The notes beneath the pieces were generated by a model, which saw nothing but the letters and a program-made list of their open reading frames with translations, ran no database searches and was not told the DNA's origin. Of a stretch of DNA of 64,000 bases, positions 50,090 through 64,000 are shown one piece after another. The position numbers and the translations under genes are program-made. Within the stretch, counting starts at the first letter, position 1, and each line of letters starts with the position of its first letter. The stretch is from Vicugna vicugna (taxonomy: Eukaryota): NCBI GenBank assembly GCA_013265495.1, contig MU061560.1, positions 930,001 through 994,000 on the forward strand. Direction: 5' to 3'.

Positions 50090-52765
50090 GGCCATCCCCA
50101 CGCATGAACAGCCTCTCCTACTGTCAGCATTTTTTATCAGAGTGGTACATTTGTTACAACTGATGCACCTACAATGACACATCCTTAATCATTCAAAGTT
50201 TGTTGTTTACATTAGGGTTCCCTCTTGGCACTGTATAGTCTGTGGGTTTGAGCAAGTGTATGCTGACATGTTTTCATTATAAACGTATCACACAGAGTAG
50301 TTCCCCTGCCCTAAAAAGCTTCTGCACTCTACCTAGTCATCCCTTTCTCTCCCCAAATCCCTGTCAACCACTGATCTTTTTACTGTTTCCATAGTTTTGC
50401 CTTTTGCAGAATGTCATATAATTGGAATCATACAGTATGTAGACTTTCATATTTGGCATCTTTCACTTAGTCATATGCATTTAAAATCCCTCCATGTATT
50501 TTCATAGCTTGATAGCTCATTTCTTTTTAGTGCAGAGTAACATTTCATGTAGATAGTCTATCCATTCACATACTGAAGGATGTCTTAGTTTCTTCCAAAT
50601 AGTGGCAATTATGAATGAAGCTATTGTAAATACCCATGTACAGGTTTTCCAATGGACATATTTTCAGCTCATTTGGGTAAGTACCAAGGAGCGTGACGGC
50701 TGGATTGTATGGTGAGAGACTGTTCAGTTGTAAGAAACTGCCAAGCTCTTCCAGTGGCTGTACCATTTTGCATTCCTACCAGCAATAAATGAGAATCCCT
50801 GTTGCTCCACATCCTTGCCAGCATCTGGTATTGACAGTGTTTTAGATTTTTGCCATTCTAATACATATGTAATGGTATCTCTTTGTTATTTTAATTTACA
50901 TTTATCTGATGTCATGATGTTGAGCATCTTTTCATATGCTCATTTGCCATCGTTTATCTTTGGTGAAGAGTCTGTTCAGATATTTTGCTCATTTTAAAAT
51001 CAAGTTGTTTTTTTATTGTTGAGTTTTAAGATTTCTTTGTATATTTGGATATACAAAGTCCTTTGTCACATGTTTTTTGCAAATATTTTCTTCCAATTCA
51101 TGGCTTGTCTGCTCATCATCTTGACAATGCCTTCCATAGAGCAGAAATTTTTAATTTTAGCAAAGTCCAACTTATCAATTATTTCTTTCATGGATCATGA
51201 ATCCATGGTTCATATTTTTCTTCTGGTTTCACTCAAGATTTTTTCCTTATCTCGGTTTTCTGTAGTTTTAATACGAGATGCCCAGGTGTAGGTTTTTTGA
51301 CAGTTATGTTTCTTTGTGTTCTCTGAATTTTATGGATCTGTAATTTGTTATCAAGTAATTCTGGAAAATTCTCATTATTACTTCAAATATCTCCTCTGCT
51401 CCTTTCTCTCATTTTCGGGCGCTCCAGTCACACCTATGTCACCCCTTTTGAAATTGTCTCACAGTTCTTGGTTGCTGTGTTTAGTTTATTTCTTTTTCAC
51501 TTTCACTCTTTTATCTCTTCACACTTCAATTTGGGAAGTTTCTATTATCTTCAAGCTCACTGATTTCTTGCCTCCACCTTTCCCAGTCTACCAATGAACC
51601 TATCAAAGGCATTTTTAAATTTTTATTACAGTGTTTTTGATTTCTAGTATTTGCTTTTGAATCTGTCTTAGATTTTTCCATCTCTCTGCTTACACGACCT
51701 GCCTGTTCTTACCTGTTGCTTACGTTTTTCACTGAAGCCCCTTGGCATGTCAGTCACAGGTATTTTAAATTATCTGTCCAATGATTCAAACATCTGTGTC
51801 ATCCTACTCTAGTTTGATTTTAGGCTGTACTTTCTCTTTAGACTGCGTTTTTTCTTACCTTTTAGCAAGCCGTGTAATTTTTTATTGGAAGATAGACATG
51901 ATATGTTGGGTGATACAAAACAGCAAAATGGCCACCAGTGTGAGGTTTTATGTTAATCTGACCAGGAGATGTGCCTTGTTTATTTTTTGCTGTAGCTCTA
52001 GGTGCCAGAAGCTTCGAATTCCTCTAGTGTCCTCTGTTTCTCTTCCCTGTTGACTTTGTGCTTTCCTGAGACTCCCCGTGAGAGGGTCTGAGTCTCTCGG
52101 CTCTTTCAGCTGTAATCCACTGTTATTACACTGGAGCCCTGTAAGTGTGGGGAAAAGGCATGGAAGAAGGAAAACATTTTATAATCTTTTGGTTAAATCT
52201 CCATTTTTAGTGAGATTGTATCCCTGGGTCCTTCACAGGTGCTTTACAGCCATCCCCCTCTCTTCAGTGAGACAGAAAGGCTAGAGGGGGCGAGAGTGGT
52301 AGACACACGCTGTCTCCAGGTGAAATAAGACAGTGGGAAAGTTCTTCTGGCTGGTGAATTCGCCTTTGCTGGGGAGAATGGACTGGCTGTGTTTTGTAAT
52401 GATTACCTTTCCTTTCCCAGCCAGACCCAGAAAGGGTCTTTCTCCACTCTTCACCCTGAGTACCTGGTAGGATTCCTGGAGGTAAAGCCCCCAGGAGTTT
52501 CTCACCATCCCAGTAATCCAGGCTCTTCAGTCTCCAACAGTTTGTCAGAATTATAATCCAAGTGTCCCTACTGCTTTAAAGGTCTGGTTGAGTCTGCATA
52601 TCTATCTGTGGATTTCGGATTCACCTGGCTCTTTAGATTTCAGGATTTTGATTTTCCCTGTGACTCCTGTTCTCTAATTAGTCAAGAAAAGTTTCAATTG
52701 TTCAGCTTTTTCTTATTGTAAGAACAGTTATGATGACTTCCAAAATTGTCACACACTGGAGCTGA
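50090..52765 (-). mobile_element. Old L1MB/MC: 3' end (50090-51200) joined to 5'-region fragments
   Basis: cagagtggtacatttgttacaactgatg, ccagtggctgtaccattttgcattcc, gcagaaatttttaattttag. Confidence 0.75.
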
Positions 52766-53524
52766 ACCTGGAGGTCCCTCTGATAGGCTTGTATGGGTAA
52801 CATGGACGTAATATGGGATGAAAAATAGAATAGGGAGGGAATATTCAATCTTAGAGTGAGTAGCCTCGGATTCGTTTTGACTGAGGTGCCTTTTAGAAGT
52901 ATTTCCGTGCATTTTGGAGGCAAAATCAACACTACCTACCTACCAGGTCGATCATAACAAGACATTTGCATGGGCAGTAGCCTCATGAAGACACAAGCAG
53001 GATGGTTCAAAGAAAATTCTGATCTCCTTAAAAACAAGGTAGTCATAACTTGCAGGACCTTCATCTTGGCTGTTCAGTTCAAATGGCTAAGAGATCGGAA
53101 GTTGGGGAAATGTTAGAAGGAGGCTTTGATTCCTTACACTTGTTTCCGTTCAGGCAGCTCCGTCAGGTGTGTCCTCTGGGTCTGTCTTTGCCTTCTCACT
53201 CTTCTCCAGAACTGAAACAATGACTCACCCTTGATGAGCTTGGGAGAGGAACCAGGTGGGCATGCTCAGTGCTCTTACTCTTCTTGGAAGCCAGATACCC
53301 TTAAAACGTGCCCTTTCTATTCTGTCCCTCTGAGCCGTTCAAAGGGTCAGGCCCCACATAGGGAAGCCGGCAGTGGTCCCATGTAACTCTGTAACTCTGG
53401 TAAGTCTACCTATTTCTGGTTTCACAATTTAAAACTCTGTATCAGCCCACATCTAAGCCATCTCATGCAACCTACCCTCTGTCAATAGTAAAAGAAATAT
53501 TTTGATTTTCATCTGATTGACTGT

Positions 53525-54120
53525 AATTTTTAACAGATCTTTATTTTCAAATCGTTTTAGACTTACAGAAGAGGCAGACACGTAGTATCAGTAGTTCTTA
53601 TAACCTAACACAGTCTTAACATCCTACATTACTGTGGTAAATTGTCACAACTAAGAAACAAACGCTGGTACGTAATTAATAACTACATTCTAGACCTAAT
53701 TCAGATTTCATTCATTTTTTTCTCTAATGCCCTTTTATTGTTCCAGGATTGAATTTTTTTTTTTATCAACTGGTCTAGGAGAATCAGATATTCTTTGTTT
53801 TTAATAACTTTTATAGTTTTGAGATGGTCAGGTATTTTGTAGAATGGTCAGTTTGAATGTGTCTCATGTTTCTCTCATAATTAAACAGAGATTATGGATT
53901 TGAGAAACATACCATAGAGGTAAAGTGCTACCCTTATCACACCATGTTGGGGTAAACGCTATCAACATGACTTATCAGTGATGATATAAACTTGACAAGG
54001 TAGTGGCCAAGGTAGTGTCTTCCAGGTTTAGTCCCTGTAAAGTTACTCCTCCCACTCTTTTTCCCATGATGTGATTGTTGGAAACAAGTCATTGATCACA
54101 ATTTACACTCAAGGAGAGAT
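53525..54120 (-). mobile_element. L1MC 3' end
   Basis: ttttagacttacagaa...ccatagaggtaaagtgc...ccctgtaaagttact. Confidence 0.7.
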
Positions 54121-55259
54121 AACTATTTTTGGTCTAACTGACAATTAATTTATAACTCAGGCAGAGCAGAGAGTTGATACTTATCAGACCACACAAACCC
54201 CCAACATTAGGAATCATTTACTTGCAGGATTTGTCACTAGAACAGAGCCATTAAGTAGGTAGAAGGGGCATCATTGTGAGATGAAAAGGAGTGGGCTTCA
54301 CAGCCAGGGGCTCTGAGGTAGGCAGCTGTCCAGAAAGTGACAATTGGTGAAGAACAGAGTCTGAAGGCTAGAACTAAGGGGAGAGGCAGCATGTTCCCAC
54401 TGGAAGACTTTAGTACTTTGAACATAAGCTAAGAAAACATCTGACCAAATCCACACCAGGTAATCAGTTGCTCATTGAGCTCTACAATTGAAAAATAAAC
54501 CAATTTTTCTGTTTTGATTTATATGAAAACTTAATGTTCTTTTGCTGTTTTACCACATGCACATGTGACTGATGGCAAAGAAAAACCAAATGAATTAACT
54601 TTTAAGGGCAACCTCAGCCCCTGGGTCGTCTTTGCTAAGGAAAGACAAGTAGTGGGTGAAAAGACAAATTAAAAACCTTCCACTGTAAACAAGGTTATCT
54701 CAGTTTAGATCAAATACCAAGGAAACTAATTTAATTTTGTGCTGTTTCCATCCCAAAGCTCTTTCACTTAGTCGGTTATTGCTACTATAAAATTGACGTT
54801 ATTAATAGCTTCTTTAATCAATAAAAAGGAGGCCTAAAGGTGAGTCATTGGCTTGTTTCTAGTTGTAGAATTTTTATTTCATCTTCTTCTTATTCCTTTT
54901 CAACTTAAATGACCTTAATTTTCATACTTTCCTTCAACCATCAGGTAATCTTTTAAAATTTATTATTTGTCAAAGTGTGTGCCTGAGAAGAATAGCTTCA
55001 TAGACAAGAGGGAAAATCACTCAGATTTCAAGATAACAAGTGAATAGTTGGCAGCGAAACCTTGATGTATAAATTCTCTGGACCTGATAGTATTTTCTTA
55101 GATTTTTTTCTACTTTATTCCTACTGTCTTTGATGAAGTTAATTATATTTACATATATGACTTTTCCTTATGCTTAGTTTAACTTTTTTTTATTATATAA
55201 GCAATTCATGTCCATTGTGCAAAGTTAAGAAACAGAATATTAGAATGGAGACCATCCTG

Positions 55260-56365
55260 AAACTATTGTCAAAAAATATTTATGGAGCATCTATCACTGG
55301 CAATCTTCTCTGCTAGAGTTACAGCAGTGAATAAAACAGAAGAGAATCCATGCCCTCATGGAGCTTTCATTCTAGCAGAAAAAGACAGACAATAAAAGTA
55401 ATGTAAGTACATAAAGTAAATACTAACAGTGCTAAAGGGGGAAGTTGATGGGAACACAATCATTATTGGAGACTTTAACACCCCATTAACATCACTGGAC
55501 AGATCTTCCAGACAGAAAATAAATAAGGCAACAGAGAAATTAAAGGATACAATAGAACAAATAGACTTGGTTGATATTTTCAGAAAATTATACCCACCAA
55601 AAATAGAATATACATTCTTTTCAAGTGCACATGGAACATTTTCTAGAGTTGATCATGTACTTGGGCACAAAAGAAGCCTCAACAATTTTAAAAAGATAGA
55701 AATTATCTCAAGCATGTTTTCTGACCACAATGCCATGAAACTAGAAATCAACTACAGAAAAACAAAGGAGACAATAAAAGTAGTATGTATGTTTTAAAGG
55801 ATGTAATATGTACTATGGGGGCAGAAATGCCAGGAAGGAGGAATGGGGATGCATGGGGAAAAGCACAGCATTTAAAAATTGGGCTTTAGGGTAACCCTCC
55901 TTAAAAACTGACATTTGAGCAAGGAACTGAAGGAGTTGAGGGAGATAGCCAAGTGTTAAGCCTGGAGAAAGCGCTTTCTAGGCAGAGCAAACAGCAAGTA
56001 CCAAGGCCCTATGGTGAGGCTTCTACTGTGGTGAGTTCATTGGGAAATGCTAGGGGAATTTAAGCAGATAAGAGATTAAATGAGTATCACTTTGGCTGCT
56101 CTGTGAGAACTGACATAGGGTAAGGATGAAGGCAGAGACCAGTTTTACAGCTCTTGACTGAGGCTGTAGCTGGGAGATGGTGAGAAGTGCTTGGATATTA
56201 GTATATGTTGACAGTGGAAGCAGCAAGATATCCAGAGTATTAAGTGAAGAGTCATTTATGCCTCAAGGTTTGGGCTGACCAACCAAAAAAATGGAGTCAC
56301 AATTTACCAAGATGAGAAAGACTGCAGGAGAAGTGGATTTAGGGCAAAGATCAAGGGTTTGATTT
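55260..56365. mobile_element. L2 3' region interrupted by an L1 fragment
   Basis: acagcagtgaataaaacaga...tgccctcatggagctttcattctag; tgacatttgagcaagg. Confidence 0.75.
55401..55768 (+). mobile_element. Internal L1 ORF2 endonuclease-domain fragment flanked by a TSD
   Basis: Open frame IIIGDFNTPL...YTFFSSAHGTFSRVDHVLGHK...FSDHN; TSD agacaataaaagta (55387-55400 / 55769-55782). Confidence 0.95.
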
Positions 56366-56839
56366 ATCAACATATATACTTATTTCCTTCAAGTTTTCTT
56401 TCTATACATTTTCAGTTTTCATGAGTAATATCCTTTTCATCAAGAAAAATAACATGTTATTTCAAACACAATTATTTTTCAGTTGTAGCATAGGGAGAAA
56501 TTTAATATGACTATATATATTGGCACGGAACAGCATTTACTCTACTGGAAAATTTGTGAGCCCATAAGCGAGTGACAAAAACTCATTTCATTTTAAATAA
56601 TACTTTATATAAAGTCTCAACATGCATTCTAATTTTTACGTTTAACACTTCTGCAAAGTTAAGGAAACTAAAGATCACAGGAAAATCTGCCTGTGGATTC
56701 TGGTGGAGCTCAGATTCAGTGCCAGCTCTCCTGACTTCTAGATTTTTTGCTCTTAGAATAAATCGTACTGTTCTTCCAACATTGTCCTTTACAGTCTATA
56801 ATAATGCTCAGACAAGTATTTGTAGTTAATTTTTAGGTG

Positions 56840-57545
56840 ATGACTTTTAATTCGAGAGTATTTATGCTTGGTTCATTTTTTTTTGTTTTTTGTCAACTGA
56901 AATAACTTTTTTCATGAAAATTATATGGTTTATTTTCTGAGTCCTTGTATTACTGAGAGTGTTTCTTTAAGTATGAAGACAATATAAAGCCAATTTGGTT
57001 GGATAAAAAATTGTTAATCATAATCTTATCACTCAAAAATTCTACAGATATTATATTGATTGTCAAAGGATAAATTTGATACAAATTTGACTCTTTTGTT
57101 CTTGAGTGTGTTTGCATGTATTATTTTTTTGGCTTGAATGCACATAGAATTTTCTTTATTTAGAGATATAAGCCAAATTGCCAGTATTGTCAAACTTCTA
57201 AATTTGCTCTTTTAAAATAAAATTTGACTGGAATTCAGTGATTTGTCTCATTCTGCATTTATTCATATGTAAGAATTTCATCACAGGAATTTTTCTTCTA
57301 TTTAGTTTTTGATTATTACCTTTTTTTCCTCAATGATCTGATGTATTACTTGGACCCATGGTCTGGGATTGTCTCAATTAAGGCTCATTGTGTTTTTCGT
57401 TCTCTTAGTTTTACTATTTATGAAAGAACTCACAAAATATTCCCTCTATGGAACAATTTAAAAATTTTTGTGGTATCGGTTTTACTTTTTGTTTACTCTA
57501 TTGAAAATTCTAATTTCATTACTTCATTTATAGTTTCTTTGCAGT
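56840..57545 (-). mobile_element. Very old L1M fragment
   Basis: T-rich; gtttattttctgagtccttgtattactgagagtg...aatttggttggataaaaaatt. Confidence 0.45.
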
Positions 57546-59482
57546 ATTTTTAGGGGGCAAACTTAAATAAACCCATGAGTTATTAGTTTGGGTCTGGAAG
57601 ATATTGGATAAGGACCCTTATGACCACTGCTTAAACTGGTAAATATCTACTCTCTTTCACACTATCCACCCTCACACACAAAACTTTCAAAGAGCAAAAG
57701 AAACTAGAAAAAAAATTAACAGTTATATGATTAGTGGTAGCAAAGGTACATATTTACCAATGAGGTCCTTCAATCTTGCTAAGATTTACACCTGCCACAG
57801 GTAGTAACAGAGGAATGATGCAGGCTTTCATGGAGGAGTACACTGTTGGTGAGACTTTCCAAGCCCTGCTCACCACCGTATCTCTAAGAGCTGCAGCGTG
57901 ATTTTGTACTGCTTTACAAAATTGGCAGAATGAGGACCTGGGCAAGGATCTCATTCTCCCTTGGTTTTCTCTACCCACAATCTTTTATTAAAGAGAAATC
58001 TGTAAACATGGGCATTCCCCCCCAAGACTTGAAAATGAGAAATTAAATTTGCACAGGAAGTGTGAGAAAAAAATCTCAGAGCTGACTCAACTGTTTGATT
58101 AGCTGATTTCAGAAATAGTATTTTATTTGTGTTTTAAAAATAGATTTCACACATATTAGAAAGACGTATCGCTAGCAATGCAATGCAGTCAAGGAAAGCT
58201 TTCCTACCACGTTGTAGCCCTGCATCTCATCTCGTCTGTCTCCTATTGATCTAATGCTGCATTGTTTTTATCTTCTTTTTCCTTAAGGCTTTCTGATTCT
58301 GTTTCAAGGAGGCTATGTGTTTGCTGATTCAACTGAGGATGCCAAATAGTTGTCTAAAATTTTCTATATATTTCCTCTTTTGGTTCTCCTCTCCCTGTCT
58401 GTATCATTTGGTATGTTTTTGTTTTATGCATCCTCAAATAATAACAAATCTTTTGAGTCAGAATTTGCCAGTACAAAGTGCTTTTGCAGAGTGTGCCAGT
58501 GAATCGCCTTGGGTGCCCTTCTGCCTGCGTGGCTGAATCAATTCCCTGCTCGTTCTACAGCTGGAAGGCAGATTACTGGGATAGCGCCTAGCTCGGTATC
58601 CAACAGTCTCATTTGCTTTAGCTTTTCTGGCCTAAAATAAGATGATCTTCTGCTTCCATTATCTGAACAGAAGAGATGCACAAAATGCTATAATTTCCAG
58701 TATTCACAGCTACCAGATGGCTTCCATCTTTGCCCTCATGTACCACTCTTTAGTAATGGGAACTGCACATTCAAGGCTGTAATGTACCATTACATGTCTC
58801 ATAACCTTGCATACTGCCATTTTTCCAAGACTCACCATCATTAAATGCATGTGGAAAGAGAAGCCCAGGAACTTGACTGTCTCAGAAATCAACCTCATGA
58901 ACTAAAGGAACAGACACTTTTTTCTAAGACAATTGGGTGCCTTCCAAGCCGTATGATCTTCCCTTGCTGATGCTGCCATGGCTACTACCACACACATAGG
59001 CACCTCTTTTTTGCACACACTTTTGACAATAGCCACAGTTTGAAAAAATGTATCAAAATAGCCAGGTAGTACATTTGGGTAGCTTTAATGATTGCTTTAA
59101 TAAAATGCGGCAGAAGCCAAACTAGTGAGAAACCCACAGTGGGCCCTCTGGCTCTCTTGTTCCTGAGACCATCCCTCTCCAAATCAGAGGCCCATGTAGC
59201 ATACACTGTTTAGAAGCATGACAGCTATGTGTGTAATTCCCCAATCTCTCTCTCCTATTTCGACTGGAAACAGATTTGGCAGGGGCTGAATCAGGGCTTC
59301 AGGAGTTAATCCTTCATTGTCTTTCCTAAAACTTACTAATAAGAGAATGCTGAAGTTTGAGTAGCAAAGACTCATGGTCTTTAGACTCATACTTTAAATA
59401 TTAGTGAGAGCCAGAAATTTTACTCTGCTAGCCTGGCCCCTGTTTGTCAGCAATTTCATGTTGGCTTCCTTCTGTCACATAC

Positions 59483-59555
59483 TTCCCTTCCTTCCTTCCT
59501 TCCTCCCTCCCTTCCTTCCTTCCTCCCTTCCTTCCTCCCTTCCTTCCATTTCTTT
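59483..59555. repeat. (CCTT)n microsatellite
   Basis: Directly visible. Confidence 0.9.
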
Positions 59556-59819
59556 CACTGTAGTAGTATCTTAATTTTCCAATTTATACAATATTTTCAA
59601 TTATCATTAAACGTAACTCTCTCATACAAGTTTATAATAACATTAGCAATGAACATTTGTCAAAAGTTGCCAAGAGGCCTGTTCATGTGTTTTTAAATAG
59701 ATCCTAAGGTTTTACAGAGAAGCAAAGGATCAGAATGAAATGTCTGAATAGACAAATTTTGCATAGCTAGGAATTTTCAAAGCTGGAATTAAACCAAGAA
59801 TATATCATTTTTAAAGTAT

Positions 59820-62800
59820 TTTTTTCTACTTTTATCTAGATATAATTGACATAACACTGTGTAAGTTTAAGGTGTACAACATAATGATTTGATATACATA
59901 TGTATTGCAAAATGATTACCACACTAAGTTTAGCTAACATCCATCACCTCACATAGCTACAGATTTTTCCTTGTAATGAGAACCTTTAAGATTTACTCTT
60001 TTAGAAACTTTCAAATGTACCATACACCATAACCATAGTCATTATGTTGTACGCTACATGCCCAGAGCTTAATTTTCTTATAACTGGAAGTATGTATCTT
60101 TGACTACATTCACAAATTTCCCCACCCCAACCCACCTCTGGTAACCACAAATTGAACCTCTGTTTCTATGAGTTTGATTATTTTTGATTTGAATACACAT
60201 GAGATTATGCAGTGTTCATCTTTCTCTGTTGGACTTATTTTAATTGGCACAGTGCCCTCAGGTCCATACATGCTGCAAACGGAGGATTTTCTTATTTTTT
60301 ATGGTTCCTAGTATTATGCATATATTTCTTTTATCCATTTTTCTTACCTTTTCGTTTTTCAGTAGACACAGGTTGCTTCCATGTCTTGGCTATTGTACAC
60401 AACGCTGCAATGAATACGAGGGTGCAGATAGCTCTTTGACAAAGTGATTTCATTTCTTTTTATATATTCCCAGAATTGGGATTGCTGGATCATACAGTAG
60501 CTCCATTTTTAATTTTCTGAGGACCCTCTGTACTGGTTTCCATAGTGGCTCTACCAATACACATCCAACCAGTAATACTCAAGGACTCCCTTTTTTTCAA
60601 GTCCTTACCAGAATTTGTTATCTCTTGTCTTTTTCTAACAGATGTGAAGTAATATCTCATTGCACTTCCCTGATAGTAGTGACGTTGAGCACATTTTCAT
60701 GTACCTTTTGGCCATTTGAATATCTTCTTTGGAAAAAAGGTCTGTCCAGGTTTTTTGCCCATTTTTTCTTCTAACTTTATTGAGACATAATTGACATAGA
60801 GCACTGCATAAGTTGAAGGTATACAACGTAATGATCTGACTTACATATATCACGAAATAATTACTAAAGTAAATTTAGATAAATATCCATCATCTAATAA
60901 AGATAGGAAATTAAAGAAATAGAAAAAAAAACGTTCTCCTTGTGAGGAGAACTCTTAGGATTTATTCTCGACAACTTTCATATACAAGATTCAGCAATGT
61001 TAATTATATTTATCATGTTGTACATTATAACTCCAGAACTTATATAATCACAAATCTGATCTTTTTTGTGTTCGTGTTTGAAGAACAAATGACCTACAAC
61101 ATTAGGTTAGTTTCTGCTACACAATATAGTAATTTGATATTTCTATATATTACAAAATGACTACTACAGTAAGTCTAGTTACCATCTGTCACCATACAAA
61201 GATATTGCATAATTATTGACTATATTCCCCATGCTGTGTATTTCATACCCATGACTCATTTATTTTGCAACCAGAAGCTTGTACCTCTTAATCTCCCTCA
61301 CTTTGTTTTTCCTTCTTGATCCCCTTTAGTTGGCAACCACCTGTTTCTTCTCTGAATCTATGACTATTTTTATGTTTCATTATATGTGTTCTTTTTTTAG
61401 ATTCCATATGTAAGTGAAATCATAACTTATTTGTCTTTTCTATGAATGACTTATTTCATATAGCATAATACCCTCTAAGTCCATCCATGTTGTCACAAAG
61501 GGTAAGATCTCATTCCTTTTTGTGGCTGAATAATTTTCCACAGAATAATCCACATCTTTATCCATTTGTCTACTGATGGGCACTTGGGTTGCTTTCCTAT
61601 CTTGGCTATTGAAAATTATGCTGAAATGAACATAGGAGTGCATGTATCTTTTTGGATTAGTGTTTTAGTTTTATTTGGATAAATACCCAGAAGTGGAATT
61701 GCCAGATTGTAGTTCTATTTTTTAATTTTTTGAGGAATCTCCGTCATGTTTTTCATAGTGATTTCACCAATTTACATTCCCACTAACAGAGCATGAGTGT
61801 TCCCTTTTCTCCACATCTTCACCAACACTTCTTATTTGTTGTCTTTTTGAAAATAGCCATTCTGACAAGTGTGAGATGGCATCTCAGTGTGGTTTTGATT
61901 TGCATTTCCCTGATGGTTAGTGATGCTGAGCATCTTTTCATGTGTCTGTTGGCCATCTGTATGGCCTTTGGAAAATGTCTATTCAGATCCTCTGTCCATT
62001 TTAAAACCAGGTTGTTTGATTTTTTTGATATTGAGTTGTATGAGTTCTTTGTATATTTTTGAATATTAACCCCTTATCCACACATAGGTTGTAAATATCT
62101 TCTCCCATTTAGTAGGCGGCCTTTTCATTTTGTTGATAGTTTCCTTCACTGTGCAAAAGATTTTTAGTTTGATGTAGTACCATTTGTTTATCTTTGCTTT
62201 TGTTTCCCTTGCCTGAAGAGACATAACCTATGACTAAAGCCAACATCAAAGAGCATACTGCCTATATTTTCTTCTAGAACGTTTATTGTTTCAGGCCTTA
62301 TATTTAAGTCTTTCATTCTTGTTGAATTTATTTTTGTGCGTGGAGTGATAAAGTAGGGTAGTGTGGTTCTTTTTCGTGTAGCTATCCAGCTTCTCCTGTA
62401 CCATTTATTGAAGAGGCTTGTCTTTTCCTCTTTGTATATTCTTGACTCCTTAGCTGTAGATTCATTGGCCGGAAGAGTGTGGATTAATTTCTGGGCTCTT
62501 TACTCTGTTCCTTTGATCTATGTGTCTGTCTTTGTGCTGTACAAACCATTTAGATGACTGTAGCTTTGTAGTATAGTTTGAAGTCAGGGAATAGGGTATG
62601 TCCACCCTTGTTCTTTCTCAAGATTGTTTTGGCTATTCTGGATATTTTGTGTTTCCAAGCTAGTTTTATAATGATTGTCTTAGTTCTGTGAAAAATGCCT
62701 TGAGTATTTTGACAGGGGTTGTGATGTCACAACCTGTATAGGTTGGCTTGGGTAGCAATGGTCATTTTAACAGTATTAATTTTCCCAATCTATGAGTATG

Positions 62801-63165
62801 ATCTTTCAACTAGTTTGTTTCTTCTTCAATTTTGTTCATCAATGTCTTACAGTTTTCTGAGTACAGATCTTTTACTTCCTTAGTTAGATTTATTCCTAGG
62901 TATTTTATTCTTTGTGATGTGATTGTAAATGGGATTATTTTTGCAATTCTCTTTCTGATAGTTTATTGTTAGTGTACAGAAATGCAACAGTTTTCTGTAT
63001 ATTAAATTTGTATCTTGCAACTTTGCTACATTCATTGATAAGTTCTAGTAGTTTTTTGGTAGTGTCTTTTGTTTTTCTACGTATGGTATTGTCATCTGTA
63101 AAAGGTGACAGTTTTACGTCTTCCTTCCCAAATTTCATGCCTTTTATTTATTTTCTTGTTTGATT
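59820..63165 (-). mobile_element. Stack of three antisense L1s (3' ends at ~59820, ~60770, ~61075; the last extends into ORF2)
   Basis: Three separate 3' termini (aattgacata...aaggtgtacaac). ORF2 peptides YSATKRNEILPFVTTWMDLEGIML and KKLLELINECSKVARYKFNIQKTVAFLY. Confidence 0.88.
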
Positions 63166-63738
63166 CCTCTGCCCGTTTTAAAATTGGATTCTATATCTCT
63201 GCCTTCCCCTGTTTCTCTTTCTTTCCTGCTAATTTGCAATTACTAGATTCTAACCAGTTACTTAGTTTTGGGCCTTCTTATGAGGTTTTGTCTTCTGATG
63301 TCTTCCTAGTTACTTGAAACCAAAGGCTCCCCAGTGGTGACTTTCACTGCTCCGCAAGGGAATAAGCATACACAATGATCAGGTTTTTACTATAACCTTG
63401 CAGGTTCATTCTCAGATATATGGGCTGACCTGCAGTACTGCCCAAGGAAATAATAATTATTTCCAAGTGTCTTCTTCTAGCAAGAACTCTTTGCCTACAG
63501 AATCCCAGACCTTATGATTTCATTTGACTCTGGCCAAAACTAAGCACCTTTTGACTAAGTTTTCTTTCCAGAAACACTTCTGTTTTATGTGGAAATATCC
63601 CCCACTGTGACTCTTCTCTCTTCCCGGATTTTCCTACCGGGTGTTCCCCATATCAGCTAGTTCCCTCTTTTCTGCTATATGTTGAGACTCTAACTTGGAT
63701 GCAATCACCCCTCTTTTGTATTTGTAGTTTCTCTAAGC

Positions 63739-63930
63739 CAGTGATTCTTAGTGTGGTCCCTGGGCCAGTAGAATCAGTATCACTTGTGAATTTGTATAAC
63801 ATGCAGAGTCTTAGGCCCCACCTCAAGCCCACTTAAAAAGTGGGTGGTACCTTGAGGTGGTACCAGGCAAACTGTTTTAACAAGTTCTTCAGGTGATTGT
63901 GAAGTGTGCTAAAGTTTGTAAACGCCCACC
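63739..63930. mobile_element. hAT-Charlie MITE (MER5A-like)
   Basis: cagtgattct...gtgtggtccc...catgcagagtcttaggccccacctca...tgttttaacaag...caggtgatt...aagtttg. Confidence 0.8.
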
Positions 63931-64000
63931 TTCTGAGGGCCTTTCGGCTTTGCTGGAGTTTAAAAAGATGAAGAAAGCTGGCTGGAACGATAAACATTTT

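Noticed and set aside
1..64000. ORF-track entries as host genes
   Set aside because: All are 180 aa or shorter and are L1/LTR-derived, antisense to repeats or low-complexity. None resembles a protein I recognise, and there is no consistent exon chain.

Overview
AT-rich, repeat-dense mammalian non-coding DNA (intergenic or deep intronic), most likely from a camelid (alpaca/camel). The evidence is six copies of a tRNA-derived SINE I recognise as the camelid Vic-1 type, plus cetartiodactyl-type L1 3' ends. I found no supportable host protein-coding exon, functional RNA gene, CRISPR array or CpG island. The longer ORFs in the track are decayed L1 ORF2, CR1/L3, LTR or simple-repeat frames. The window contains young and old LINE-1, L2/L3/MIR, many ERV solo LTRs (six within 8.3-13.5 kb, including MER41-like ones and an inverted pair), DNA-transposon MITEs and two assembly gaps. 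I do not see a new biological system. The best observations are atypical retrotransposition products: a tailless 30-nt U6 retrocopy, a TSD-flanked internal L1 endonuclease fragment, a polyadenylated 3'UTR-like insert inside an L1, a twin-primed L1 mosaic, and a double-3'UTR L1 structure shared by two sites 42 kb apart. Family names come from recalled consensus sequences, not a database search. Boundaries without a TSD are approximate.
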